NCBI GenBank assembly: GCA_001600815.1 | Contig: BCKZ01000006.1 | Span: 62,001 to 126,000 of the forward strand | Reading direction: 5' to 3' | Source: Alloascoidea hylecoeti | Lineage: Eukaryota | DNA: 64,000 nucleotides | In this document: piece by piece, positions 13,501-24,731 of the stretch | Position numbering within the stretch: the stretch's first letter is position 1 | How the letters are laid out: each line of letters opens with the position of its first letter | Translations under genes and position numbers: made by a program | The notes under the pieces: model-generated | The model's input: the letters and a program-made list of their open reading frames with translations, nothing else | The model's database searches: none | What the model was told of the DNA's origin: nothing

Positions 13501-13607
13501 AGTATTGTTGTGAGATAACAAATCCCAACACCCAAGATCACCAGACGTTTTAGACCCTTTGAGGTGGACCCTAAAGAAAGCCCCGAATTAGTAGGTGTCG
13601 AAACCAT
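10557..13607 (-). CDS. ECM27: Ca2+/cation (Na+/Ca2+) exchanger, Ecm27-like CCX family, with long low-complexity central loop
   Basis: Alpha-1 repeat LAGLTILAFGNASSDIFS..ELLGAASF and alpha-2 repeat LGLTVFAFGNSLGDLVSN..ACFGGPMLNIL; first ATG at 13607. Confidence 0.87.
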   Translation of the reverse strand: MVSTPTNSGLSLGSTSKGLKRLVILGVGICYLTTILLKRRYQPVHYMHTLTASKQPSCQADSINFLDIFQQCQFVTKYCEKFSFINYLKPYYCSSTTYRPLIIIIYSIWMILLFTTIGLAASDFLCPNLNSLSNIFSISESLAGLTILAFGNASSDIFSTYISFENGSGSLAIGELLGAASFITTIVVGSMAIIRPFKVPRLEFLRDCGFFLILLLFSLYFIGDGKLKLWECISMIFLYFFYVGIVLWTDYIVSNSHLIDYEVEIEIGNDNNEMEIRNRNELPIVQVQVQVDHVDDPNHETQLQIYSTESINVSEPGSGLLSSISSNLSLISPMNSSINILKSPKSPMSNFHLQTNKHNKNQSVLSLLSLHSEELERERVTFKKIVPLLKIPHQPLSAFPNLENTSNTNTDTSLSLRRNNSYNHRQRHVDIKLSMYDTIKLWSIYKSLKEKKLKKKQVSNSNINSNINSNINSNQFQFQFQNNKQPFYGSINNNHISSLQSSDSLDLMPPLRISNHDHDNDWLSNKNYKSDSIGTGKNKKGFRKTRSSSLDSGINQKTNAILKKLRKLKVKFDDNDDDDDNNNDNDNNNDNENNKFLSVPKLKTPEEVMKPTQINYNIESLPSSSKKLNIPFRIEPNINYIKKNNIDKLSKRSLPRLDIASALTSNENDSDNEIEPLLSKRQPLSSIYLINEQELQEEDTTIEIENILKNKSYFFINNSINLFIILFPTLIDFQKQKWYNKILSLWELPSIFLLTISIPVYDNPIIDIDIDNENENENENENENENENEKSSQWILLLQSFICPILINFVLFYDNEIFQKSYLISLIISILLFLTVSFQLFINKKRIKPLILNITGFITSITWIYLIANEVVSILKTFGIIFNISDSILGLTVFAFGNSLGDLVSNITFSKMGLPIMALSACFGGPMLNILVGIGLNGVITLAKKCFKKGHHSRLPVFHIEISKDLSISAITLILTMVFLLIYVPLNGWWVDRRAALVLFSVWSVSTGLNVYLACR
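11241..11294. repeat. Hexanucleotide microsatellite (TTCATT)n encoding (NE)n
   Basis: Direct reading; ENENENENENENENENE in the exchanger. Confidence 0.9.
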
Positions 13608-13782
13608 GAAGAAGAGAGAAAAGGAGGTTTGCACATAGCCACAATGTGATATGACTCCAGAGCCAGAGCCAGAGCCAGAGCCGAGGCCTATCTTTTTTTT
13701 TTTTTTTTTTTTTTTTTAATTTTGCTAAATAAATTGTTTTTGTCCACTGTAAAAACCACCAGACCACAAATAAAATATACCA

Positions 13783-14613
13783 ATGTTCGTTCCTTATGAA
13801 GACCCCTTGGCGAATTATCGTATAAAATCTCTAGATGTCATTATCTTACCTTATTTATCTCATTTTGGTAAACTACAAAATCATATTTATGAAGTTCTTT
13901 TATCGCTGGTCTTTTATCAATCTTTATTCATGTTAACCTATTATATTTTGGCTCCAACTTTTATCAGTTATTTCAAAAATTATAAATATTCAGATAAAGT
14001 GGATTTCGCATCTCATTTTACTTCTTTGGTTCAAAGCTTTATCGCTCTTTCAACAAATTTCCCTCTTTTATGGGATCCAACGTTATATGATGATAGAGTA
14101 TACGCTTATACACCATATGGGGGATTCGCTGCTTCAATAGCTCTTGGTTATTTTATATGGGATCTTTTCTTTTCTTTCTATTATAGAAAAATATTTGGTA
14201 TCGGTTATGTCTTTCATGGTCTTGCAAGTTCTAGTGTTTTCACACTTGGTTTACAACCTTTTATAATGTATTATGGTGCTGTCTTTATGATGTTTGAATT
14301 ATCAACGCCTTTTGTTAATTTGAATTGGTTTTTTAATAATATGCCTTTAAATTATTTACCAGATTGGTTAGTTTCTGCAAATGGTGCTTTTCTAATATTA
14401 ATTTTTTTCTTATGTCGTATTGTTTGGGGATTATATAATTTGATTAATATCATAAATGATTTTATCAGTGTTAAAGATTCTTTAAATCTTTGGTTCGCTG
14501 CTGGTGTTTTAATACCAAATACAATTATAAATTGTTTATGTTTATATTGGTTTTCTTATATGATAAAAGTGGCATATTGGAAATTATCTGGAAAATCAAA
14601 GAAAACTATCTAA
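13783..14613 (+). CDS. TLC (TRAM/LAG1/CLN8) domain membrane protein, Tda4/TMEM56-like
   Basis: DRVYAYTPYGG, ALGYFIWDL, YVFHG, FELSTPFVNLNWF, FFLCRIVWG; C-terminal KKxx (KKTI) ER-retrieval signal. Confidence 0.85.
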   Translation: MFVPYEDPLANYRIKSLDVIILPYLSHFGKLQNHIYEVLLSLVFYQSLFMLTYYILAPTFISYFKNYKYSDKVDFASHFTSLVQSFIALSTNFPLLWDPTLYDDRVYAYTPYGGFAASIALGYFIWDLFFSFYYRKIFGIGYVFHGLASSSVFTLGLQPFIMYYGAVFMMFELSTPFVNLNWFFNNMPLNYLPDWLVSANGAFLILIFFLCRIVWGLYNLINIINDFISVKDSLNLWFAAGVLIPNTIINCLCLYWFSYMIKVAYWKLSGKSKKTI

Positions 14614-14680
14614 ATTATATATTATAACTTATATCTAGGTCTATAGTTCTACAATATCAATTCATGATTATATTATATCA

Positions 14681-15484
14681 TCAGAAAAAAAATGCATCAT
14701 TTTTAAATTTCAAATAAGCTGGATTTTCTAATGTTTTTAATCCAATTTGAATATCTGTTTTAATATCTTCAATTAATGCTTCTAAATTTAATTATGTTAG
14801 TTTAATCATAGTTATTAATGTAATATAATAAATAATTAAATTCTTACCTTTAGAAATATAATTCAATTCCGGTCTAATATACCCGAGAACAGTGAATTTA
14901 ATATTGGCTCCATAAAAATTTGTAGGAAATTGATGCATTATATGAATTTCCTAATCATAATAAAAAGAAAGTTAATAACAAATTGACCCAAAAAATAAAA
15001 AATAAAAAATAAAAAAAATAAAAATAAAAATAAATAAAAAAAAACTTACAGCAGCTTTGAATTTATTACCATAAAACGGATTCCAACCAATACTCATAAC
15101 CATCGGTAATACTACCGTATCAATTCCATTTCGTAATCCGTTCCCATGATCATACCAAACTTTCCTTTTTGTATCTTTATCCTTATCATTATAATTGATA
15201 CATTCAATATCTAACTCTTCTGATTTCTTATTAGGAGCTGGGGTTATTTTTGCCCATCCGAAGTAAACGCCAGTTTTCAATGACTCGAGCTTTTCTTTAA
15301 CATCAGTATGTGGAATATTTGCTGTTGGTATGCCTAAATCCGATGATCCTCTACCAAAACCTGCTATAACATTTGATGATATTTTCTTTGGATAATCGGA
15401 AGATGGGGTTTCAGGAATGGGGACATCAGGCCGCTGTTGGCGTGAAGTGACCTTTGTAGTTGATTCTGGTATTTCTTTAGACAT
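14681..15484 (-). CDS. FMN1: Riboflavin kinase; exons 15484-15050, 14950-14848, 14781-14681
   Basis: GFGRGSSDLGIPTAN, GVYFGWA, MVMSIGWNPFY; introns 15049-14951 (99 nt) and 14847-14782 (66 nt) restore [35 protein letters not shown]; TGA at 14683-14681. Confidence 0.95.
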
Positions 15485-15938
15485 TATAATTAATGATCTT
15501 GAATAATCTGGAGGTTTATATACTGATTGCTGACTAATATCATGAACTTTACTGGGGGTTTGATATATAATTCTTATCTATATTTATTATATCCGAATCT
15601 TAGGATTTTCAAGAAAAAAAATCCCACTTAATTTATAAAATTATGAAATAGTTGGTTACATATATTAAATATAAACATTATAACTCGGTTCTTAACCAGT
15701 AAAGTTATTTAAAAAAACACTCAAGTTTGAGCCTCTAGGTCCATTAATATATGATATTATTCCCATCCTCTTAAACCAAATTTGTGTTGCGTTTAGGTTC
15801 TGTTTTTATACTACTAATACTAATTCTTGTACTGGTATTTGACTTATTCTGATTCTACTTCCTCGACATCATTAGAACCCCAATTACTACTTTGTAAAGA
15901 TAAAGTGATATATTTACATTAACTTTTAAATTTTATAA

Positions 15939-17838
15939 TTATTCCATCGGTTTAAAGGAAGCCATTTTCCTTTTAGTAAACCAATCATCTCCTATTAATC
16001 TTAAACTTATTGCGTATGGAAATGATTTACCGGAAACTGTATCGGTCCAATCGTAACAAACACTTTTTAATAATTTTTCTGCTTGTTTACCATAAGCCGT
16101 TAAAAATTCTTTTGCTGTTGAATCCCACCATGCTAAAACAACTGCGAAATTGACATCAGTTAGTAAATCGACTGATAGATTTAATTGTCTTGCTAAAAAA
16201 CTCCAACTTTTAGAGATTGGGAATGGCGGTTGAGATTGTGCAAATTCTCCTGATGATTGAATTCTTGTCAACACAGACCAAACTGTACAAATTCCTACCA
16301 TCCTATCACGATATTTTGCTTCATCTTCCCATACATCCTTTTCTTTTCTCCATCCCATTCTATATCGACCTTCTTCGGTATCAATTGAACAGCAATAACC
16401 AATTACATATGGACATCTCTTGACAAACCTTGCTTCTAAAAATTCATATAACTCCGGATGTTTTACAATTAACATTGTTGTAAATGTTGCTAGAGGTAAT
16501 GATTTTGGTGGTGATGCCATTACTTCTGATGCCGCCTGTGCTACAATTGCTTTGGCCATAGAATTTAATATCCAATGATATACTAATTGATTTCCTTGAA
16601 TTTGTGATAAAATTTTCATAATCACATTAAATTCAACATCCATTTGTTTTTTTTCAGTAGTTAACTGTCCAAATTTTATATTAGTCATTCTTTTAATGTT
16701 AAATGTTACTTTTTTAAGTTCTTTTTGTTGTTTTACTTTTTCATTAATATTAATTTTGATATCTTGAATTTTTTGTTTTTGTTTTAAGAATTCTCTTTCA
16801 ATTTCCCTAGAATTTTTAAATCCAACTTTTGATGCTTTTTTTAATTTTTCTTCTTCTTCTTGCTTTTTCTTTTTATTTTCTTCTTCTTTTTGTTTCTTTT
16901 CTATTTCATCTCTTCGTTTTTTTTCTATTTCATCTTTTCGTTTCTTCTCTAGTTCTTTCCTTTTCCTTTCTGCTTCTTCTTCTTCTTCTTTTCGTTTTTT
17001 CTCTTCAGCGACTTTACGTTTTTGTTCTTCAATTCTTTTTTTTTCAATATCTTCAGCTTTTCGTCTTGCATCTTCTTCTTCTTTTGCTTTTCTCTTCCTT
17101 TCTTCTTGAACTTTTGAAATAACATTTTGAACACTTTCTCTTCTAATAACAATTCTTTTTTTAATTTCATCAATTAAAATCCTTGTATCATTTGTTTCAT
17201 TAAGTTTCTTAATTTCAATAAATTTATTAACATCTTCTTGTTCTTTAATTAAATCTTCATTAAGTTTATGTTTAAATCGAATTTCCCATGATGATAACAT
17301 ATCTTGAAAATTTGAAGTTTTTGATTTTTCATTATTTAATTTTAAATATTTTCGATCATTAGCATTCCCATCATCATTATTATCATTTAAGTTGATTGAA
17401 CGTGAATTGGAATCTAAACGCGTAATATGTCCTCTTTTACGTGATTTTGAATGTGAATTGGGTTTTAAAGGTGATGCCGGATGAAATAATGGACTTGGTA
17501 AAATTTCATTAAATCGTTCTGTTATACTTAAGTCTTCGAAAATTCTAGAGATCTCATTCGGCGAGTCGTCTATTATATATTTATTAGTTATCACACAATA
17601 TTTATCGATAATAAAAGAGATGAAATAACATACCAATTATGGATTTTTCATTTAAACCAGTTATATTTTTCTTCGAATCTTCTTTCGATAATGAATTTGG
17701 AATTGATGGTCTATAAACAAACCTTGATGATGATGACTTTTTTACCGGTATTGTTTCATTTTCCTCATTATCTGAGCTGAAAATATTATCATGATCTCCA
17801 TCAAAATTGTATGACTTATAAGGACTGAATATACGCAT
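15939..17838 (-). CDS. GLE1: mRNA export factor Gle1; exons 17838-17634, 17569-15939
   Basis: K/E/R-rich coiled coil then KFGQLT, WILNSMAKAIVAQA, ARFVKRCPYVIGY, DTEEGRYRMGW, SWSFLAR; 64-nt intron 17633-17570 GTATGT..AACTAAT..TAG. Confidence 0.9.
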
Positions 17839-18036
17839 CCTGATGGGTCCATAAAACAGTTATTAAAGGAGGTGTGGGCTTAAAGCTTAAGTTAAATCTA
17901 TTTAATTAGTGCCTGTATTTACTCGTATGTTTAGTCCCAATAGAGTTAATATCAGACCGGTATATCTGAAAAATCCCCTTTGAATTTCAAACATCTTTGG
18001 AGGCCTTTATATTGAAATTTAAATCAACTCCGAACG

Positions 18037-18954
18037 ATGTTTTCTTCTTCAACTATCATAAAATCTAGTAAGAGATGTGGTATCTCTAGAGGTTTCTCAA
18101 CATCCAGTATAATACTGAAATCTGGTTGCTCGATGGTTCAACCTGTCCATCATTCAATTCGGATCAAAAAAGTAAATCTTTCTCCAAAATATCCAGAGGT
18201 CAGATTACCTAAAAATGATATCAGATCTGCCCAATTCCGTCCTACTGCTGTAGCACCAGATAGAGTTCTCGATCATTATCAAAATACACTTGCTTCTGAT
18301 TTATTACTTAATGGATTCAGTCATAAAGGTACAAGTAAGACCGGTTTAAAGAAACGTGAATGGGATGGTTCAAGTCCATTTCATATTAATAGAACATTAA
18401 GAAAACCACGTTCAACAAATGTTGAAACACCAAATTTTCATAAAAGAACTTGGGAGAATATTGCATGCCTTGATAAGGTTGATATTAATTGTTTTGTTTC
18501 AAGAGCTTGCACACATCCAGATGTTATTATCAATGCAATGATTCAACTTCAACAAATTACTGGTGTTAAACCAAAATGGATCTTTGCCAAAACTGCTATA
18601 CCAACATGGAAAATCGCAAAAGGTATGACAGTTGGTGTTAAAGTTACGTTAAAAGGTAGACCAATGACAAGATTTATGTCTACATTGTCTGAATTAATTT
18701 TACCAAATATCAAAGATTTTAAAGGTTTTAGTAATAAATCGGGCGATAAATTAGGTAATCTTCAATTTGGTTTAACTCCTCGTCAGGTTTCATTTTTCCC
18801 AGAAATCCAACAAAATTCAGATATTTTCACTTCAACTTTTGGATTTCATGTAAATATTCAAACAACTGCACAATCCGATCCTGAAGCTCGTGTTTTATTA
18901 AGTGGCTTGGGCTTCCCATTCTATGGAAAGGAACTATTCCCATCTAGAGGTTAA
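18037..18954 (+). CDS. MRPL7: Mitochondrial large-subunit ribosomal protein uL5m
   Basis: Basic N-terminal presequence; REWDGSSPFHINR, QLQQITGVKP, GVKVTLKG, SGDKLGNLQFGL, ARVLLSGLGFPF. Confidence 0.9.
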   Translation: MFSSSTIIKSSKRCGISRGFSTSSIILKSGCSMVQPVHHSIRIKKVNLSPKYPEVRLPKNDIRSAQFRPTAVAPDRVLDHYQNTLASDLLLNGFSHKGTSKTGLKKREWDGSSPFHINRTLRKPRSTNVETPNFHKRTWENIACLDKVDINCFVSRACTHPDVIINAMIQLQQITGVKPKWIFAKTAIPTWKIAKGMTVGVKVTLKGRPMTRFMSTLSELILPNIKDFKGFSNKSGDKLGNLQFGLTPRQVSFFPEIQQNSDIFTSTFGFHVNIQTTAQSDPEARVLLSGLGFPFYGKELFPSRG

Positions 18955-19105
18955 GATTATATATGCTAATACCTACTATATTGTATATAGGAATGAAATT
19001 TTCAGGTGTAATTATATATAAATTTTAAAAGATAAACTATTTTCAAATTATATAGAACGTATTTTTTAAATGATTATATATATAAATAAATTTGATACAT
19101 TATTA

Positions 19106-22026
19106 TTAAACAGTAGTTAGTTCAACAGTTTGGGCTGCTCTTTCTGTGGCTGCAATTCTATCACCAAGAGAAAGAGCTAAACCTTGACCTTTTGATCTAA
19201 TTCGTATGTGGCCAGTAATAAGTCCATCCTTTGTTTTTTCTATACTTAAATTGGCTAATGCATCTTCACCAAATGAACTTCTTGCACATAGGTTTGCACT
19301 TAAGAAATTACAATCTTCACCAGTTGTAACTCCAGTTGTTAAACAGGACATATTTGTATTTGAAAGAAGTGACGATAAATATTCATGTAATGTTGGTAAT
19401 TTTGAACTAATATTAACCTTATTTTCCCATTCAAATTCATACCACATTGTTCTAAATTGTGTTTCGGTAACTTGACCAGGTTTAATATAATCCATAATAT
19501 CAACATGAAGATCATTTAATATAACAACAGTATTTTCATTACCTGCTTGTCCATCATAAACAATATTACCAAACACAACACCAGTATCTGCGGAAGAGAC
19601 TTTAATTGTACTTTGAACATTATGGAAAGATCTTGGCCCAATATTTTGAGTTGTTGGTTTTTCAATAATTTTAAGGTCACCAAGAGTTGCAAATTCAACA
19701 GATAGATTACGTAAAGTATCCGTTGTTTGATTAACAAGCAAAACATCTAAAACAATATCGAATTGATTTACTTTAATATAAGCTTCAGCATAAACTGGAT
19801 CAGAAAATCCTGTAAGTGGGACAATTTTCTTTAGTCTTGAATTTAAACCTTCTAGATCAGTAGAAGTTGTACCAGAAGCCAATTGAATATCTTCTTCAAA
19901 AGTATCTGTTGAACTATCAGCAGTTGCCTTTGAAAATTGTCTAAAAGTAATGGTATCATCAACTTGTGAAGCACCTTTTTCTTTTTCAGCTTTATCCTTT
20001 GCTTCTTTCTTTTTAACTTGATAAGCAACTTGAGTTTTGAAAGCAGATTTTGTTGATTCAAGAAAAGAGTGCTCAACAATTTTTTGATTTGAATCATCGG
20101 CTAAAAATTTAATACATGAAAAGATTCTATCAGAAGAATCTTCATCAATTTTTTTCTTAACAACATCAGAATCACCAACTCTTAAAATACTAACCATAAT
20201 TAACATTGCACCAGCTCTAATTGCATTGACACCTTTTGCATTTTCAGGAGAAATTTTTGAATATCTTAAAACTAATTTTGTTAATGTTGATGATAAAGAA
20301 GTTGCCAAAAAATAATCACCTTCTAAAATTAAATGTCTGATTGGATTTTTCGTCTTTTCACTTGTTGGAGTTATTGGTGTATCTAATGCTGATTCTGTTG
20401 CATATGTACCATCAGCTAAAATTTTTGGACCTTTTTTAACAGTTTTAGAATCTTTTTGTTCTTTTTGTTCCTCTTCTTCTTCCTCCTCATTATTTAAAAT
20501 ACGTTTCTCAGAGGCTAAAATTGGTAATTTTCCTACACTAGAACTAATTTTTAACCAAGCTTTTTTAATTTCATCTTCTTCTAAACAGTATTCACCAATG
20601 ATCCATAAGGCCCCACGGAAAACTCTACCACTACTGATATCATCAAGACTCTTAATTAATCTATCAACGACGGAGGAAGTAAGATTTGGGAAACGTTCAA
20701 CCGCTTCTTTAACAAAAGAAATAACATCAATTGCGGAAGTTGTACTTAATTCACCAATAACGTCAAGTAATAGATCAACAACACTTGCAGCAATCTCAAC
20801 AAAATTAACAGCACATGTATGAATAGCTTGAATAATAATCTGACGATAATCATTATTTTTATCATAATTATTACCTTCTAAAGTCTTTGATAATTCTTTT
20901 TTAAATAATTTAATAACATCTTCAACATTTCTACTACTAACCATTTTAAGAGAAATATCAATTGCTTTCTTTCGAACATCCAAATCTGGAGATGATAAGA
21001 CTCTCAAGATATCCAGAGCAGAGTCATCTAAAACACCAGGATTCTTTTCATGTAATTTTTCAACACGTTCCAAAACAATTAATTTAATATTATTATCAGC
21101 TTCTTTAATTGCCAATTCAATAAATTTTGAAGCAGCAGCAGTTAAAGCGGATGGTGAATTTGTTAAAACAGTTAAGGAAGTTGCAGCTTCATAAACCACT
21201 GAATTTGATGTTGCTTCAAGTAATTCAAAAATAATTCGAATATATTGAGGTTTTAAAGAAGGATTTTTAATAGCATCTTTTCTAATAAATTCAATAAAAG
21301 CTAATTGTAAAAGACTATCAGAGTTATTAACGGACAAGAAATTCTTTTGAAAATAAGCAAAAGAACGATCTCTATCAATATTACTTAAAGCAACAAAAGC
21401 ATTTCTTTTACATGTTGAGTCTGTTTCATCTTGTAAAAAAGTTTCAATTAGTTCAGGAGCATCAGGTATAAGATGTTCTTGTACTTTATAAACCGAATAA
21501 ATAGCAAAAACGGCATTTTTTCTAACATAAGCATGTCTATGATCCAAACATGCTCTTGCATGAGGTAATAAAGGCTCTAATAATTCAGGTTCTTTTAATT
21601 TACAAAGAAATCTTAATGTTGCACCCCGAACATATTCATTCGGATGTTGTAAATCATGTTGAATTGCATTACACATTAAAATCATTTCTTGTTTTAATTT
21701 CCCATCTGGTTGGGTTTTTGGACATACTTCCCAATAAAAATGTAATAATTTCTTTAATTCTTTATTTTTAGATGGCATAACGTATCGAATGACATGCATT
21801 AATAAGTCGGGAAGAGAGTCACCATTGAGTAAACTAATCAATATTTTCTTCATGGTATCGATTTTAATGGCATCTTTATTACTTTCGAGTAGTTTCTTAA
21901 ACTCTTGAGATGTTGGCTTATCAGACGAGTTTGACTGTTGAAATCATTGGTGAGTATTTTAATTGAATATAGACAGTCGAGTATGTTACTTACCTCGTAA
22001 ACAATGGTGTACGCGGGGTCTGACAT
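19106..22026 (-). CDS. SEC26: Coatomer (COPI) subunit beta; exons 22026-21994, 21934-19106
   Basis: DLQHPNEYVRGATLRFLCKL, LTGFSDPVYAEAY, IRIRSKGQGLALSLGD; 59-nt intron 21993-21935 GTAAGT..TACTCAC..CAG gives MSDPAYTIVYE/SNSS. Confidence 0.97.
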
Positions 22027-22302
22027 TATTCTGGCCAGTAATAAATCTGTTTACGTTGGAGGTTTGGTTTTGACAGCAGAGCAGAAGTGGGCTGTCTAAA
22101 GGAGGGTAACACTCACTTCCATAATGCTACCGGACCTAATGATACTATTTTACAATGATAAACTCCTATTATTATATTTTTAACATAATATTCATTAATA
22201 TCCGATATAAGAAAGATTGAGATCAAAAGATTATGTAAAACTATCATGTTTGTCCAGAAGGAAGAGAAAAAAAGCATGTTTTAAAGTCCTATAAATAATC
22301 CA

Positions 22303-23535
22303 CTAAGACTTCTTCTTCATCACATTAACCCATTCCTTTTTCTCAATAACTCCATCTATACCGAGAATCCCCCAGAATTCAGCACCAACCCTACCTAAAC
22401 TAGAAACACAAAACCCCAGCTGTAAAACCAATCCATCACGGACCAATTGATCTGAAATCTTCGGCAATTGTTGTGCCATTGTAGTTCTTAATTGTAAAAT
22501 AATACTTCTAATGAATTTTATAATGAAAATCTTCCCATTGTCATCATCTTCAAGAATTGTACTTTCTTCCCGTGGTAAATTTGATGCTGAATGGAAATTA
22601 AATATAGCATCATAACTCATAACAACTGAAAACACATGTTCTCGAATAACTTCAATGTATCTTTTCATATATTTTGCCGGGTCCGTTTTTTTTAAAGATT
22701 CTAAAGATTTAAATTGTGATTCAATATATGATTGATGAGACGATAAATAAATCTGTTGTAATAACGTTTCATTTTCATCTTTAACTGAAGGTGAATATTT
22801 ATGAAGTAAACTATTAGATAATGGAATTGAAGTGAAAGTTGTATTATTTGTTAATGATGTAGTAGAATTTGATGATGATTCCATATGTTGTAATCTTCTT
22901 AAATATCCAATTATTTTCATCGCCATTCCTTGTCTTACATTACTTTTTAAAAGTCTTACTAACATATTTGCAAGTTTCTTTAATACTTTATTCATTTGAA
23001 TATTGATTTGTTCAATTACTTCAATATTCGGATATCTTATTGATAACCTTCTAACATGACTTGCAATTTCTAAAGTTTCGTGATACATTCCATTGGATAT
23101 ACACTCTGTTGCAAGTGTTGGTAATGTTAGAATATCAGTTAAATTATCGATATTTTTTAATACTAGAGCTGGATTATATTTCGAATTATTGTTATTTGTG
23201 GATTTCTCTTCTTTTTTATGTATTGGCATCTGTGTAATTGTTTGCACATCTTCAGATAACAGCAACCCGTTTTGCTTCAATTTATCGCTCATTCCTGAAT
23301 TCAATGACTTCAAACGAGAATGGCAGGATAAAATAACATCTGTGTTCCCACTAACTGATTGTTTTAACTGTTCAGTCAATGCATCGTGTTGTTTTTGAAG
23401 ATCGGAATATCTCTGTTGTTGCTGCGAAATTGACCTCGAACAGATGTTTCTGATGTACAACGGCACCAACGCTCTGTCTTCATTGTCCAGTTTCAGCCCC
23501 AAGTCCAACCCAAGAGAATCGGTGTTATACGACAT
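22303..23535 (-). CDS. COG8: Conserved oligomeric Golgi complex subunit 8 (Dor1 domain)
   Basis: DILTLPTLATECISNGMYHETL..HVRRL..RYP, MKIIGYLRRL, YMKRYIEVIREHVF, QLGFCVSSLGRVGAEF. Confidence 0.88.
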   Translation of the reverse strand: MSYNTDSLGLDLGLKLDNEDRALVPLYIRNICSRSISQQQQRYSDLQKQHDALTEQLKQSVSGNTDVILSCHSRLKSLNSGMSDKLKQNGLLLSEDVQTITQMPIHKKEEKSTNNNNSKYNPALVLKNIDNLTDILTLPTLATECISNGMYHETLEIASHVRRLSIRYPNIEVIEQINIQMNKVLKKLANMLVRLLKSNVRQGMAMKIIGYLRRLQHMESSSNSTTSLTNNTTFTSIPLSNSLLHKYSPSVKDENETLLQQIYLSSHQSYIESQFKSLESLKKTDPAKYMKRYIEVIREHVFSVVMSYDAIFNFHSASNLPREESTILEDDDNGKIFIIKFIRSIILQLRTTMAQQLPKISDQLVRDGLVLQLGFCVSSLGRVGAEFWGILGIDGVIEKKEWVNVMKKKS

Positions 23536-23642
23536 TTTGCCGATCGCTTGGAAAGGTTCAATTTGCCTTGAGGATGGTTGGTGTGTGGGTGTATCTACTA
23601 TATTTAACTCTCAGCTTCTTCAGACAATCCCAAATTTAAACA

Positions 23643-24731
23643 ATGGAAGGCCTTTTTTTCAACATCGATAGCGGTTTCATCGAAGGGGTCGTCAGAGGTT
23701 ACAGAAACGGATTTTTGACCTCGGCCCAGTATGGTAATCTCACCCAATGTGACACTTTGGAGGATTTGAAGTTACAACTCTCGGCCACTGAATATGGTGC
23801 CTTTTTGGCAAACGAACCTTCTCCATTGTCTCCATCTATTTTCCAAAGCAAGGCAGCAGCAAAATTATATAACGAATTCGCTTTAATTAGACAACAGGCT
23901 ACAGAACCCTTGTCAAGTTTTATGGACTACATTTCCTATTCTTATATGATCGATAACGTTGCTCTTATTATTACTGGAGCAGTTCATAGTAGAGACAAAT
24001 CTGAGTTATTGGGTAGATGCCATCCATTAGGTTGGTTTGATACTTTACCAGCTTTAACCGTCGCCGAGGATATAGAGTCGTTATATTCTGTTGTATTGGT
24101 TGATACTCCTTTAGCTCCTTATTTTAAAGATTGTTTATCAGCTGATGATTTAGATGACATGAATATTGAAATTATCAGGAATAAATTATATAAAGCTTAT
24201 TTGGAAGATTTTGTTGAATATATTTCTAAAAAATTAGATGGACCAACTAAAGAAATTATGTTACGCTTTTTAGAATTTGAAGCTGATAAAAGAACAATTA
24301 ATATTATAATAAATTCTTTTGGTACTGATTTAGATGTTGATGAGAAATTAGCTTTATTACCAAATTATGGGAAATTATGGCCTGTTGCTTCTTATCAATT
24401 AGTTAAATCTGAAGATTTAGAGCAAGTTAGAACAATTGTTAATTCAACAGGTACTTATAAAGGTTTCTTAGATAATATTGGTAATACTGCCACATCTGGT
24501 GCTCAAGGTGGTTTTAATGATTCTGTTGGTACTGTTAAATCTTTAGAAGATAATTTTTATGAATATGAAATGAATTTATCAAAATTAGCTTTTACACAAC
24601 AATTTACTTATTCAACTATTTGGGCTTGGTTGAAAAGTAGGGAACAAGAAGTTAGAAATATTACTTGGATTGCTGAATGTATTTCTCAAAATCAAAAGGA
24701 TAGAATTGATAATTATATTTCTGTTTATTAA
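23643..24731 (+). CDS. VMA6: V-ATPase V0 subunit d
   Basis: MEGLFFNIDSGFIEGVVRGYRNG, YMIDNVAL, CHPLGWF, NIEIIRNKLYKAYLEDF, EQEVRNITWIAECI. Confidence 0.97.
   Translation: MEGLFFNIDSGFIEGVVRGYRNGFLTSAQYGNLTQCDTLEDLKLQLSATEYGAFLANEPSPLSPSIFQSKAAAKLYNEFALIRQQATEPLSSFMDYISYSYMIDNVALIITGAVHSRDKSELLGRCHPLGWFDTLPALTVAEDIESLYSVVLVDTPLAPYFKDCLSADDLDDMNIEIIRNKLYKAYLEDFVEYISKKLDGPTKEIMLRFLEFEADKRTINIIINSFGTDLDVDEKLALLPNYGKLWPVASYQLVKSEDLEQVRTIVNSTGTYKGFLDNIGNTATSGAQGGFNDSVGTVKSLEDNFYEYEMNLSKLAFTQQFTYSTIWAWLKSREQEVRNITWIAECISQNQKDRIDNYISVY

Noticed and set aside
14972..15049. Hydrophobic tail VSFFLFIFIFIFF.. on the FMN1 ORF suggesting a membrane-anchored kinase
   Set aside because: It is read-through into T-rich intron 1; splicing restores the catalytic Glu and the normal C-terminus.
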